DNA of 32,000 bases, taken from assembly GCF_035285525.1 (NCBI RefSeq), contig NZ_JAYKGW010000173.1, forward strand, positions 21,817-53,816. Reading direction: 5' to 3'. The translations under genes were made by a program, and so were the position numbers. Below, piece by piece: positions 8,290 through 17,491 of the stretch (its first letter is position 1; every line of letters begins with the position of its first letter). This DNA comes from Okeania sp. GTDB taxonomy: Bacteria; Cyanobacteriota; Cyanobacteriia; Cyanobacteriales; Microcoleaceae. The notes below the pieces were generated by a model. The model was given only the letters and a program-made list of their open reading frames with translations. It did no database searches and was not told the origin of the DNA.

Positions 8290-8882
8290 ATGCAAATTCA
8301 ACAAAAAAAAACTACACTTCCATCGAATATCTAAACCTTAAAACTAACTCACAAGAACGACACGAATACATTAATGGTGAAATTATTCATATAACTTCTG
8401 GAACTCCAAATCATAATCAAATTGCCCTTAACTTCAGCGCATCTTTAAATTTTTCCCTTAAACGTCAACCCTATCGAGTTTTTGTTTTAGACCAACGACT
8501 TTGGATTCTGAAAAAACGCATTTATACTTATCCTGATGTTATGGTAACTCCAGGAAATTTACAACTACAACAAGGAAGAAAAGACACCATTACCAACCCT
8601 ATAATAATTGCTGAAGTTTTGTCAAATTCAACTAGAAATTATGACAAAGATGAAAAATTTTCAGCTTATCGAACTATTCCTACATTTCAAGAATATCTAC
8701 TCATAGACCAATACACAATTCCAGTCGAACAATATCACAAAACTGCTCAAAAAAAGTGGATTTTTTCAGAATATAACGAACTCGAAGAAACTATCTCTCT
8801 CAACTCAATTGATTTTCAAATAACCTTGGCAGATATTTACGATCAAGTTGAATTTGAAATAATAGAAAACAGCGATAATTAG
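8290..8882 (+). pseudogene. Uma2-family (DUF820) endonuclease gene interrupted by a frameshift in an A9 run
   Basis: ATG at 8290 (MQIQQKK) runs into a stop at 8332. The -1 frame continues ..KKNYTSIEYLNLKTNSQERHEYINGEIIHITSGTPNHNQIALNFSASLNFSLKRQPYRVFVLDQRLWILKKRIYTYPDVMVTPGNL.. into track ORF 8541-8882. Together these give a typical full-length Uma2 sequence. The frame change maps to A9 at 8303-8311. Confidence 0.8.
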
Positions 8883-9057
8883 AAATATTGAAGTTTACAT
8901 AGCAATTCTAAATTATTCGTGAAAAAAATTGTAGATATTTGGTCTTTAAATTTCACGAAATGTCTATTTGATATGTGATTTAATTTTAGCATAAATATTG
9001 ATAATTAGAGATATTTTTAATTATTAATTATTCATTATAAATTACCAATTATTCCTA

Positions 9058-9669
9058 CTATCCTTTTCTAACTTGTTCTGGTACCCCCACTGGAGATAAA
9101 CCAGCGATCGCTTTTAAATTTTGAGACCTAATTAACTCAGTAAAATTAAAATTATTACGCCCTTCTATTTTAACTATATTTTCAATTCCTTGTAATAAAT
9201 GATTAGCTGCTGCTGGTGCTTCATAACCTCTTCTAGTTGCGATTCTAATTGCCATTTCATCTGCTGCTAATTCTGTTTTTGTACTATGATTATTCTGCCA
9301 CATTCTGGTCAAAGCAATTACACTTAAACCGCTACCCACTAAAATTCCAACTACATCATTTTCAGCTAATTGGGAAATTATCCCTATTAACCCAACTGCT
9401 AAAATACCTTGATTTATATTTGGTTTAAACCATTGAATTTCAGATAACCAACTCACAGTTCTTAATAAGATTAAATCTCGTTGTGCTTTGGGTAAATTCA
9501 TCCATAAATCAAAATTGAGATAGATAACACGATTATTTTTCCATGGTACAGGAAAAGTTGTTTTAATAATTGTCGGTTGTTCTGGTTTTCCAACTATTTT
9601 GATTGTCATGCGCCCAGAAGCAGGCATAATATCAAATAAACGGCTAGTTTCAGAAAGTTCAGGATTCAT
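9058..9669 (-). CDS. Conserved hypothetical membrane protein (two central TM helices), cyanobacterial type
   Basis: 203-aa ORF with hydrophobic segments GILAVGLIGIISQL and VVGILVGSGLSVIAL. It contains a HIP1 site and has GC content typical of the host. No family is confidently recognised. Confidence 0.55.
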   Translation of the reverse strand: MNPELSETSRLFDIMPASGRMTIKIVGKPEQPTIIKTTFPVPWKNNRVIYLNFDLWMNLPKAQRDLILLRTVSWLSEIQWFKPNINQGILAVGLIGIISQLAENDVVGILVGSGLSVIALTRMWQNNHSTKTELAADEMAIRIATRRGYEAPAAANHLLQGIENIVKIEGRNNFNFTELIRSQNLKAIAGLSPVGVPEQVRKG

Positions 9670-9697
9670 ATTTTTAACTGCCTCAATTTATTATAAG

Positions 9698-9795
9698 TAG
9701 TCGTGAAAAATCAATTTTATAATTGAAAGAGGGAAAAGGGAACAGGGAAAAGGGAGTCAACAAAATATGTAATTAATTTTGCATAAGCACTTAGT
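9698..9795 (+). repeat. Dispersed repeat family 4 (GTAGTCGTG.AAAATCAATT / GGGAAAA-type STRR / CAACAAAATATGTAATTAATTTTGCATAAGCACTTAG)
   Basis: Aligns colinearly with 15327-15516 (same strand) and with the reverse complement of 16037-16150. It contains the heptamer tract GGGAAAA/GGGAACA at about 9731-9764. Confidence 0.55.
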
Positions 9796-9908
9796 AATAA
9801 TATAGAACTAATTTAGGGTTTATGGAAAAATAGATTTGGTGATCAAGCAATAAAGAAGAAAAATAAATCTATTTCAGTAACTTGATAAACTCTATAGATA
9901 GCTACTTT

Positions 9909-10730
9909 TTAATAACCAAAAATTTTGAATATATCTGCTCCTTCTTTTTGAATAAAGTTAATTTCTTCCTGTTGCAAAACCTGACGATAACGCCCCACAC
10001 TAGCGGCAGATATTCCTTTGCCATAAAGTTCTGAATACCAAGGTTTTTCTGCATCACTTAACTGACTATAATTAATTTTAATTCGCTGCCATTTATCATC
10101 TTTTATAGAGCTACTTAAATTTAAACCAGTAAAATCTTGAAGTTGTCGAATTGCTTTTTCAGGATTAAGTACCAAATGTTCATATTTTATATAAGCAACT
10201 TTAGTTTGAAAACCTACTAATTTACAGTTCCAGGAAGAGGCATAAGCACGGCGATAAAATTCTAGAAACTCTGATAATTTTCTTTCTGTAAACATTGGTG
10301 TTAAATGTCTTGTTTCACCCAGAGTTGCCATTTTATTTCCTACATTAATTAAAGAAGCAATAGTATCTCGGGGGTCTCTAATAATCAATATAAATTTTAC
10401 ATCTTCTACTAACTCATAAATTTCTGGAAATAATTCTCCGATGAGAGGGTATCTAAGGACAATGTGAGTAGCATCAGTATAACGGTTCTGAATATGTTTT
10501 AAAAATTTATTGACTAATTCAGAGCTAAAATTTCTGAGTTCTGTTAGATTGGAAAAATAATATTTAGTCTGACTTTCAAAATCTATTTTACCTGTACTAT
10601 AAGCATTAACTAAATGATACAGATAACCTATTTCTCCAATTAATGGATTAACTTTGCTATCAGAGCAAATAATATTTTGTAATAAAGTAGTTCCAGAGCG
10701 AGGACATCCACCAATAAAAAAGTAAGTCAT
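9909..10730 (-). CDS. Sulfotransferase family protein
   Basis: 273-aa ORF with N-terminal GGCPRSGTTLLQN (5'-phosphosulfate-binding loop) and IIRDPRDTIAS (3'-phosphate-binding motif), the two PAPS-binding signatures of sulfotransferases. Confidence 0.8.
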   Translation of the reverse strand: MTYFFIGGCPRSGTTLLQNIICSDSKVNPLIGEIGYLYHLVNAYSTGKIDFESQTKYYFSNLTELRNFSSELVNKFLKHIQNRYTDATHIVLRYPLIGELFPEIYELVEDVKFILIIRDPRDTIASLINVGNKMATLGETRHLTPMFTERKLSEFLEFYRRAYASSWNCKLVGFQTKVAYIKYEHLVLNPEKAIRQLQDFTGLNLSSSIKDDKWQRIKINYSQLSDAEKPWYSELYGKGISAASVGRYRQVLQQEEINFIQKEGADIFKIFGY

Positions 10731-10732
10731 TT

Positions 10733-10767
10733 CAGTTATCAGTTATCAGTTATCAGTTGTTAGTTAA
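10733..10767. repeat. STRR heptamer CAGTTAT x3 plus 2 degenerate copies
   Basis: Counted directly. On the minus strand it reads (ATAACTG)n and ends 2 nt before the sulfotransferase ATG. Confidence 0.95.
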
Positions 10768-10898
10768 TTGACAAGTTAATGCACAATTAATTTTACTTCA
10801 GCATTACTACTTTGGAATAAAGAATGGTAAGCATTTCCTCCGGAATGCTGCGCAAACAGCCGTCAGCTATAAGCTAGCTTCCTCGGTCGTAACTGGGA

Positions 10899-11038
10899 AA
10901 TTCAGCTATTAGTTTTTTATTTCTAGTAAAAGCTTTATGATTTAGAAATTTTATTTGACTACAAAATCCTGTTTTTAAGTCTATATTCGTTTAAATTTAC
11001 TCCTTAAGGTTGAGCTTTTTATTGCTAATAGCTGAATT
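10899..11038. repeat. Small inverted-repeat element (perfect 14-bp arms)
   Basis: AATTCAGCTATTAG (10899-10912) and CTAATAGCTGAATT (11025-11038) are exact reverse complements separated by about 112 bp of AT-rich DNA in a 540-bp intergenic region. Confidence 0.45.
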
Positions 11039-11268
11039 ATTACAAAAAATGTTGCCAAAAGGTATATCTTGAGGGAGTATGCTTAAAAATTCAAAATATC
11101 TGCTCAAGTTAATTTTAGATAGCTACCTCTATCATTTTCCTTTCCAAATTTACCAATAGATAATTGATGATTTATCAATTCAGTTTAAAGTCTCTCTTTT
11201 TAAGGATAAAAAAGAAATCAGATTTTTCAACTTGGTTTAAACTGAGATAATTGAACCAGATGTAATTA

Positions 11269-12558
11269 TCAATTATCCATTAATGAATCCTTCTTCCTTA
11301 CTTCAATTAACTTTTCTCCTAATTTAATTCCTTCAGCTTTAGTAAAAATTTTCTCTTCAGCTCGTGCTATTGAAATTTCTGTTAAAAGCTGACCAACTAT
11401 CGGACCTTTAGGTAATTTTAAAGCTGTAATTAAATCATTTCCGTTCAATAAAGGTATGGGATGAGCAACTGGATCCTCTAGATTAATATAACGTTTAATT
11501 AAATAATTAACTTCCTCTATAGATATTCCTTTTGCTACTGCTACAACTGCTAAAGCTGGAAAATTTTTTCCTATTTCTTGAAAGCAAAAATATTGCTGTC
11601 TAACAGACATTTTAGAAACTTCTATTTCTGACAGTTTTGCTAAACCTTTAATAACTGCAATTGTACTTCTAATTTCGGCATTGCTATATTTTAGCCGCAT
11701 CAATTCTCTTTCCGCTTTTTCAGGATTAGAATCAACTAATATTGCTAACTTAGCGATCGCTAATAAAGATAAAGAAGTTTTGACTGTACCCCTGACTCCA
11801 GTTCCTAACTCTACTTCTAAATTAGACCAATTTTCTTTTAAATTCTTCACTGCTATCTCTATCTTTTTTCCTATTTCCAAATTGTTTTTAGCAGTGGGAA
11901 AATAATCTGAGAGTAAACCATTATTCCAAGCTTTTTCTATCCAAACCATTCCATCAGAATGACTCAATAAATAACCTAATTCTGTCTGCACTCTTTCTGC
12001 TGCAACTTGAGAAATAAAAGGTGCAAATTCTCCAATAGTTTTTTCAGTTTCTGGGCAAATAACAAAACCTAATTGTGCTGCTTGACGATATGCGCGTAAT
12101 AGTCGAAGAGGATCATCTTTAAGGTTCTCAGATTTTACCATTCTGATCATACCATTTTGCAAATCTTTTAGAGCATTAAATAAATCTATTAATTCATCAG
12201 TAAAAGGATTATAAACAATAGCATTAATCGTAAAATCTCGTCGCCATAAATCTGACTCCAAACTATCACCTTCTATCTCTGCAAAATCAACTGTCATTTC
12301 TTTAAATACTACCCTAGCGATTTTTCGTTCCGCATCCAAAACCACAAATCCCGCTTGATATTTCTTGGCAATATTTCGAGCAATACTAACTGCTTGCTCA
12401 AAAACAATAAAATCTAAATCCAAATATTCGCTCTTCCGTTTTAGCAAGGCATCTCGCACCGAACCACCCACTAAATAAACAGGTTGGGGCAGCATTTTTC
12501 CATCAAACGGCCAAGTTTCCGGTGATAAAATAGAAAGGTAATTTATCGACATTGCCAT
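11269..12558 (-). CDS. cca: CCA tRNA nucleotidyltransferase (poly(A) polymerase/CCA-adding enzyme family)
   Basis: 429-aa ORF with VYLVGGSVRDALL..DLDF (nucleotidyltransferase G[SG] and DxD motifs), RRDFTINA and DPLRLLRA, all hallmarks of class II CCA-adding/PcnB enzymes. Confidence 0.85.
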   Translation of the reverse strand: MAMSINYLSILSPETWPFDGKMLPQPVYLVGGSVRDALLKRKSEYLDLDFIVFEQAVSIARNIAKKYQAGFVVLDAERKIARVVFKEMTVDFAEIEGDSLESDLWRRDFTINAIVYNPFTDELIDLFNALKDLQNGMIRMVKSENLKDDPLRLLRAYRQAAQLGFVICPETEKTIGEFAPFISQVAAERVQTELGYLLSHSDGMVWIEKAWNNGLLSDYFPTAKNNLEIGKKIEIAVKNLKENWSNLEVELGTGVRGTVKTSLSLLAIAKLAILVDSNPEKAERELMRLKYSNAEIRSTIAVIKGLAKLSEIEVSKMSVRQQYFCFQEIGKNFPALAVVAVAKGISIEEVNYLIKRYINLEDPVAHPIPLLNGNDLITALKLPKGPIVGQLLTEISIARAEEKIFTKAEGIKLGEKLIEVRKKDSLMDN

Positions 12559-12826
12559 ATCAGTTATCAGTTATTATGTAAGCAAACAGCTATTAGCACC
12601 TCAGCTATCAGCAATTAGTAATGAATAATTATTTTTGAGCTTTGGGAAGGGAACTTCGACAGTAACTTTTTATTTTTTCTCAATTTCAAGAGTTGTTTTA
12701 CCTTCTCCACAATTAATACTCAATATACGAAGTTCCGACCCAGGGGACTAGCTAAAAGCTGACTGCTGAATGCTCATATATAATGTATAATCAAAGTGGA
12801 TAGTGAATAATCAAAACTATCTCTGA

Positions 12827-12877
12827 TTATCAATTATCCATTATCCATTATTCATTATTCATTATTCATTATTCATT
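12827..12877. repeat. STRR heptamers TTATCAA/TTATCCA/TTATTCA, 7 copies
   Basis: Counted directly. The array runs straight into the ycf34 ATG at 12878. Confidence 0.95.
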
Positions 12878-13126
12878 ATGTGTATTTGTGTTAACTGTCA
12901 TTATGTAGATCGGTGTATAACTTATCATGCTGTAGAAAGTCAGCACGAACAACCTCATTTAACAGAAAATCCAGATTTTGAGGCGGTTGAACCTACTATT
13001 AATGTCAATATTCGTCCTCAACAAGAGGAAATAGAGATGGAGTGGGATGTTGTGGGTTGTGAAAGTTTTCTAGAAGAAATTGGTAAATGGGCAAAATTAA
13101 GACCAGGTGAACTTATCCCTACTTGA
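12878..13126 (+). CDS. ycf34: Ycf34 family protein (small Cys-rich cyanobacterial/plastid protein)
   Basis: 82-aa ORF beginning MCICVNCHYVDRCITYHAVESQHEQPHLTENPDF and containing ..EWDVVGCESF, the conserved Ycf34 N-terminal cysteine pattern. Confidence 0.85.
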   Translation: MCICVNCHYVDRCITYHAVESQHEQPHLTENPDFEAVEPTINVNIRPQQEEIEMEWDVVGCESFLEEIGKWAKLRPGELIPT

Positions 13127-13446
13127 ATTAAATTTTGGTGATTTTGGCTATAATTTTACAGTCTAAAAACCAGGTTTGTGTTAGATGTCTTACTATACTA
13201 AACTAATATTTATTTGTCTTCCATAAACCCGGTTTTTTATGCCCTAAATATGGTATATTTAGCTGTATCTATAGCTATCCTAATTTTGTTTGTGTATAAA
13301 AATTTTACCACTTTTAGGGAATAGCAGAAGTTCCCGTTTTTTCTTTACTTTTTGATTTGTTACAACTTATTTAGGATGGCTATATAAATTCACCTATATT
13401 TATTCTTCCTTCTGCCTTCTTCCTTTTTCTTTCTGCCTTCAAACAA

Positions 13447-14073
13447 ATGACAAATATAGAAAAAAAATATGGTTTAGCAATTCATACTACCAGTCCAGAG
13501 TTAGGTTTAGCTATTAGTAATTTTGGTGAAAATACTCGCTCTAAAACTTGGAACTTAGGGCGAGACCTATCAACTTGTCTACATCAAAAATTACAAGACT
13601 TTATGCCACCTCAAACCTGGCAAGAATTAAGCTTTATTGCTATTGCCAAAGGTCCGGGAAGTTTTACAGGTACTCGTATTGGAGTAGTCACAGCTAGAAC
13701 TTTAGCCCAACAATTAAATATTCCACTATTTGCAATTTCAACCTTGGCAATTATAGCTTGGTCATACAAACAGAAAAGTAAAATTTTATCCCTAGAAATG
13801 TCTGCTCAAAGAAACCAGTTATTTACAGCTATTTATCAGGTAAAAGAAATGGGTATAAATTCTCTTTTAGAAGATAAATTAATGAATCCCATAGAATGGG
13901 AAAAAATCTTAAAAAACTGGGAAACTTCTTATCAGTTAATTCAGGTGGAAAACAGTTTAGGAAAATCTGTTGTTAGTCTATTAGAATTAGCTAATTTAGA
14001 ATGGCAAAAAGGAAACAGACCTCATTGGTCAGAAGCATTACCTTTTTATGGACAACACCCTGTTAATAATTAG
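13447..14073 (+). CDS. tsaB: tRNA t6A37 threonylcarbamoyl-adenosine biosynthesis protein TsaB (YeaZ family)
   Basis: 208-aa ORF with LAIHTTSPELGLAI.. and AIAKGPGSFTGTRIGVVTARTLAQQLNIPLFAISTLA, the YeaZ/TsaB signature. Confidence 0.85.
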   Translation: MTNIEKKYGLAIHTTSPELGLAISNFGENTRSKTWNLGRDLSTCLHQKLQDFMPPQTWQELSFIAIAKGPGSFTGTRIGVVTARTLAQQLNIPLFAISTLAIIAWSYKQKSKILSLEMSAQRNQLFTAIYQVKEMGINSLLEDKLMNPIEWEKILKNWETSYQLIQVENSLGKSVVSLLELANLEWQKGNRPHWSEALPFYGQHPVNN

Positions 14074-14074
14074 G

Positions 14075-14325
14075 AGTTGCTGATTTATCGGGAACCGTAA
14101 AAGTCTTTTTTAAGGAGTAGGGGAGTAGAGGAGTAGAGGAGCAGGAAAGTAATTTTTTTTGCTCAACGATGCGCCTAGAATGGTAACTTGAGGGGCATTA
14201 AAAGCTGATTTTTCGGTTCCCGAAAAACAGGTACTTTTTCCTGACCTAAAAAGCCTAAAAATTATTAGTATGTAAATACTTTTAGTTTTCCATACCCAAG
14301 CCATAATTAATAATTAATAATTACC
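14075..14325 (+). mobile_element. MITE-like dispersed repeat, family 1 copy (octamer STRR GGAGTAGG/GGAGTAGA/GGAGCAGG at 14114-14145)
   Basis: Begins GCTGATTTATCGGGAACCGTAAAAGTCTTTT, identical to 278-307, 2 nt after the tsaB stop. Its internal layout is colinear with 272-630 and it ends in AATTAAT heptamers. It explains the spurious ORF 14110-14304. Confidence 0.55.
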
Positions 14326-14480
14326 TCTTCTTATAAAGAAGAGGATTGACAAAAATGATTTGTGAGAAAAAATGTAGGGTTTTGGTCTCCAAACCCCGTT
14401 AGATAAAATCTGACAACCTATTACAGTTACTAAACCCCTTACTTAAAAATCTTTAAATTTTCCAAATTGTTTAAATTACC

Positions 14481-14636
14481 CTAATCTTTTTTCTTCCAAG
14501 AGTAACTAAATTTTTTACCTTGTTGATTTGTCTCTATTTCTATTTCATATTTTTCTTTCACCTCCATTTTTTCTTGCCAATTATTCAATTGGTCAAAAAG
14601 CTTTTTGTTTATCTTAAATACTGGTTTTTCTGACAT
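14481..14636 (-). CDS. Possible small Lys/Glu-rich protein (51 aa)
   Basis: Internal Met of track ORF 14481-14723 (MSEKPVFKINKK...). GGAGG lies 8 nt upstream (plus-strand CCTCC at 14645-14649). It sits after a terminator-like hairpin, so independent expression is uncertain. No homology recognised. Confidence 0.25.
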   Translation of the reverse strand: MSEKPVFKINKKLFDQLNNWQEKMEVKEKYEIEIETNQQGKKFSYSWKKKD

Positions 14637-14659
14637 TTTTTTGCCTCCTTTTGAACAAA

Positions 14660-14704
14660 AAACAAAGCTAGATATAAAGTAAGCATTCCGTAGGAAATGC
14701 TTAC
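14660..14704 (-). terminator. Hairpin terminator candidate immediately after the MAPEG gene
   Basis: GTAAGCATTCC-GTA-GGAAATGCTTAC (14679-14704) abuts the stop codon at 14705-14707. On the minus strand it is followed by TTTATATCTAGCTTTGTTTTTTG. Confidence 0.5.
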
Positions 14705-15118
14705 CTATAAAGTATTCTTCCAAAGAAATAATATTATTGCCACCAAAGCACCTATAAGTAGAACCATAGTAGTTAAAGAACTAATACCAAACCCAACAAC
14801 TCGTTTCTCTGCTGCCTGATAATAACCCCAAGCAAATAAGATACGCCCCACTACCCAAATAGCCCCAATAATAGCACCCCATAATGCACTGACAAACAGA
14901 GAAAAAAGCCACAAAGAAGGTAAAAATAAAATTAATTGTTCTACAGTATTTTGTTGTACCCTTACTACCCGCTCAAAATTTTCGTCTCCAGACATTTGAG
15001 GAGGCATAATTTTGTATTTAGCTCTAGCTCTACCAACATTAAGAGTTACCACAAAGTACATTAATAAACTGGCAACTGTTACTAAACTCGGCCATATAAT
15101 TTTTTCTGTTTCTAACAT
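14705..15118 (-). CDS. MAPEG family membrane protein (microsomal glutathione S-transferase-like)
   Basis: 137-aa ORF with four hydrophobic helices and VGRARAKYKIMPPQMSGDENFERVVRVQQNTVEQLILFLPSLWLF, the MAPEG loop/helix-2 signature. Confidence 0.75.
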   Translation of the reverse strand: MLETEKIIWPSLVTVASLLMYFVVTLNVGRARAKYKIMPPQMSGDENFERVVRVQQNTVEQLILFLPSLWLFSLFVSALWGAIIGAIWVVGRILFAWGYYQAAEKRVVGFGISSLTTMVLLIGALVAIILFLWKNTL

Positions 15119-15326
15119 AGCGATCGCTTTGAGATGAGAATTGATTTGAGTAAATATTTATCTAAAAAGTATACAGCAATTTTCAGAGCAATTAACTACA
15201 TAAAAAATAAAAAGACAAACCTTATTACTTCTAACTTCCAACTATAGAATCCGGTTAAATACTTATCATATTTACAGAAAGAAGATAAAAGGCAAAAATG
15301 GTTTAACCCTGCGCAGACAATCAATG

Positions 15327-15516
15327 TAAGTAGTCAAGTCATGCAAAATAAATTTTCTAGTTGAGAGAGGGAACAGGGAACACAGAAGGTGGGAAGAGGA
15401 AGAAAGAATTAATAATTTCTGGATAAGATTAGAGATGTTTAATAGTAATTTGCAATTAATTTTGGTTATAGATTTATACAATTAATTTTGCCTAAGCACT
15501 TAAGTGGTAAAATCCA
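15327..15516 (+). repeat. Dispersed repeat family 4 copy
   Basis: GTAAGTAGTCAAGTCATGCAAAATAAATTTTCTAGTTGAGAGAGGGAACAGGGAAC...AATTAATTTTGCCTAAGCACTTAAG is colinear with 9698-9795. It explains the spurious ORF 15272-15481. Confidence 0.5.
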
Positions 15517-16036
15517 GTATTATCAATATACACAGAGGGTTAACTCCCCCAACCACAGGTTACTTGCGGAATCTAGATCAAGTAAAAGTATTCTAGAAAA
15601 CAACACAAACAAAATTTATTTATTATAATTAAAAGATTTTGCTAATTCAATATGAAAAATCAGCAATATATACACTCGACTGCCCAACTGTGGACTATCT
15701 TCCATAACTTACTAATGTTCAGGACTCTAGTCGTAACTCACTAATATTAAGCAGTCTAGTGGCCTGAATCTTTTCTGCACAAACAGTTTTTCCAGTAAGC
15801 AATCTACACTAGCTCAACTTTTTCCTGTTTTGAGTATTTATTAGTTTTAAATATTGTCAGTATAAAAATAAATAATGTTTTAGAGTAGTTAAAATTTACT
15901 ACAATCATCTCGAAGATTTGAGTGAAACTGCTCTTATTTAAGATGTTTTCAATCATAAAGGACTTACACAGAAATCCGGTTTATTGAAGAAATTTGGTGG
16001 TTTGAGAGACAATAATCAGAGAAATCAACTCAGCTT

Positions 16037-16150
16037 TGTAAGCGCATAAGCAAACCCTAATTACACATTTTGTTGATTCTCTGTTTTCCCTTACCTGTTC
16101 CCAGTTAAGTATTCCCTATCTCAACTAGGAAATTGATTTTGCACGACTAC
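16037..16150 (-). repeat. Dispersed repeat family 4 copy (inverted)
   Basis: Its reverse complement reads GTAGTCGTGCAAAATCAATTTCCTAGTTGAGATAGGGAATACTTAACTGGGAACAGGTAAGGGAAAACAGAGAATCAACAAAATGTGTAATTAGGGTTTGCTTATGCGCTTAC, colinear with 9698-9795. Confidence 0.5.
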
Positions 16151-16190
16151 TTATTTAGGGTTTGCTGATTAAATCTAAAAGTTACAACAA

Positions 16191-17423
16191 ATGTCAAACT
16201 ATTTATTAACCCAAAATAATTATCAATCCACCCAAAAAGAACAGATACTTTATGACTATTTACAATATTTAGTTCGGAACCAAGAACCTGAAAATTTGAT
16301 TGATGATTTTAAAGCTATTTTTATTGATGCTTCTGAAGACTTTATCCCAGAAATATGGCAGGCAATGGAAGCAATTATTGACATGGAACCTGAACCAGAA
16401 GATTTTCATAATATTATTAATAGAAGTTGCTATATTTTAATTAATTATTGGTTACAAAACCCCAGACTACAAAAATCAATTCCAGACTTAGTAAATCTCT
16501 TCCAAGAGAAAGCAAATCGCTACGCTACTTGCTGGACTTCTCAACGTATACGTTGTTTGAGCAGTAGTTTTAGTAGAACTGAACAATATTTTGCCTTACA
16601 ACGTTTGGCTCGAATATTAACCAAACAAGTTGAAGAAAATACAAAAGTTAAAGAGCAGACCCTGGTCAAATTAATTAATCGCTACCCATACCTATATGAA
16701 AATAGTATTAATAATGAGAACAATACTGATAAAGAAAGAAAAGAAATTATAAAAATTCGACAAAAACAGCAACAAAAATATGAATTAGATTTATGTAAAT
16801 ATATTATTTATCAAAAATTGTCTAGAAAAAACAATTATGTCAAAAATCCTACACTCATAGGAGACAAAGAATTAAATTATACTATCCAATATTTCACTGG
16901 CAAAATTAATGGTGGTCAAACATTGCGAAACCAATCAGAAATATTTCGTTCCTATTGTGACTTAACTTACTCCTATCGCAGTTTTAAAGATGGTTTATAT
17001 GAATACTTAACTGATACAATTAACTGTGGTTATGGCAAAAGTAAATTCAATCGTAAACTATATTATAAATTGAAAAATACCTTTTCTCAAAATAACAGTC
17101 ATCAACCCAATGATTCTCTAATGTTAGATACTTGTAGAGACTTATTAAATTTTATGGTTGTAGAGAGTTTAGAACAACCCAAACATTTTGTTTTTTATGA
17201 CTTAATTAATAATCTAGGGCCGATAAAAGTTATTGGTATTTTGTTAAAAATCGTACTATTTTGTCGTCAAGCCAGACCTAATTTAGAAGAAAAATTTTCC
17301 ATTTTATTTAACCATTATCAAGGGTTTAATTCTGGTAAAGTATGGTGGTTAGTTAAGTGTATGGAGATTCTCAATGTTGCTTTAACAACTAACTTCGGCA
17401 GAAATAGGCTCTGTTGCCTCTAA
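16191..17423 (+). CDS. Hypothetical protein (410 aa), soluble, no family recognised
   Basis: Long uninterrupted ORF with no competing ORF on the other strand and composition typical of neighbouring genes. I recognise no motifs. Confidence 0.6.
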   Translation: MSNYLLTQNNYQSTQKEQILYDYLQYLVRNQEPENLIDDFKAIFIDASEDFIPEIWQAMEAIIDMEPEPEDFHNIINRSCYILINYWLQNPRLQKSIPDLVNLFQEKANRYATCWTSQRIRCLSSSFSRTEQYFALQRLARILTKQVEENTKVKEQTLVKLINRYPYLYENSINNENNTDKERKEIIKIRQKQQQKYELDLCKYIIYQKLSRKNNYVKNPTLIGDKELNYTIQYFTGKINGGQTLRNQSEIFRSYCDLTYSYRSFKDGLYEYLTDTINCGYGKSKFNRKLYYKLKNTFSQNNSHQPNDSLMLDTCRDLLNFMVVESLEQPKHFVFYDLINNLGPIKVIGILLKIVLFCRQARPNLEEKFSILFNHYQGFNSGKVWWLVKCMEILNVALTTNFGRNRLCCL

Positions 17424-17463
17424 TGCCATTTCCCAAAAACTTTTCTAGATTTAATTCATCAAG

Positions 17464-17491
17464 GGAGTAGGGGAGTAGGGGAGTAGGGGAG
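17464..17491. repeat. STRR octamer GGAGTAGG x3 plus a partial copy
   Basis: Counted directly. It is the same octamer found inside the family-1 MITEs at 14114-14145 and, inverted, at 19619-19645. Confidence 0.95.

Noticed and set aside
14481-14723. 80-aa version of the small ORF
   Set aside because: Its N-terminal extension overlaps the MAPEG stop and reads through the terminator hairpin 14679-14704. Only the internal Met with a GGAGG (14636) is plausible, and even that has low confidence.
14110-15481. Track ORFs 14110-14304 and 15272-15481
   Set aside because: Both lie entirely within dispersed repeat copies (the family-1 MITE and the family-4 repeat), and their low-complexity translations have no coding signal.
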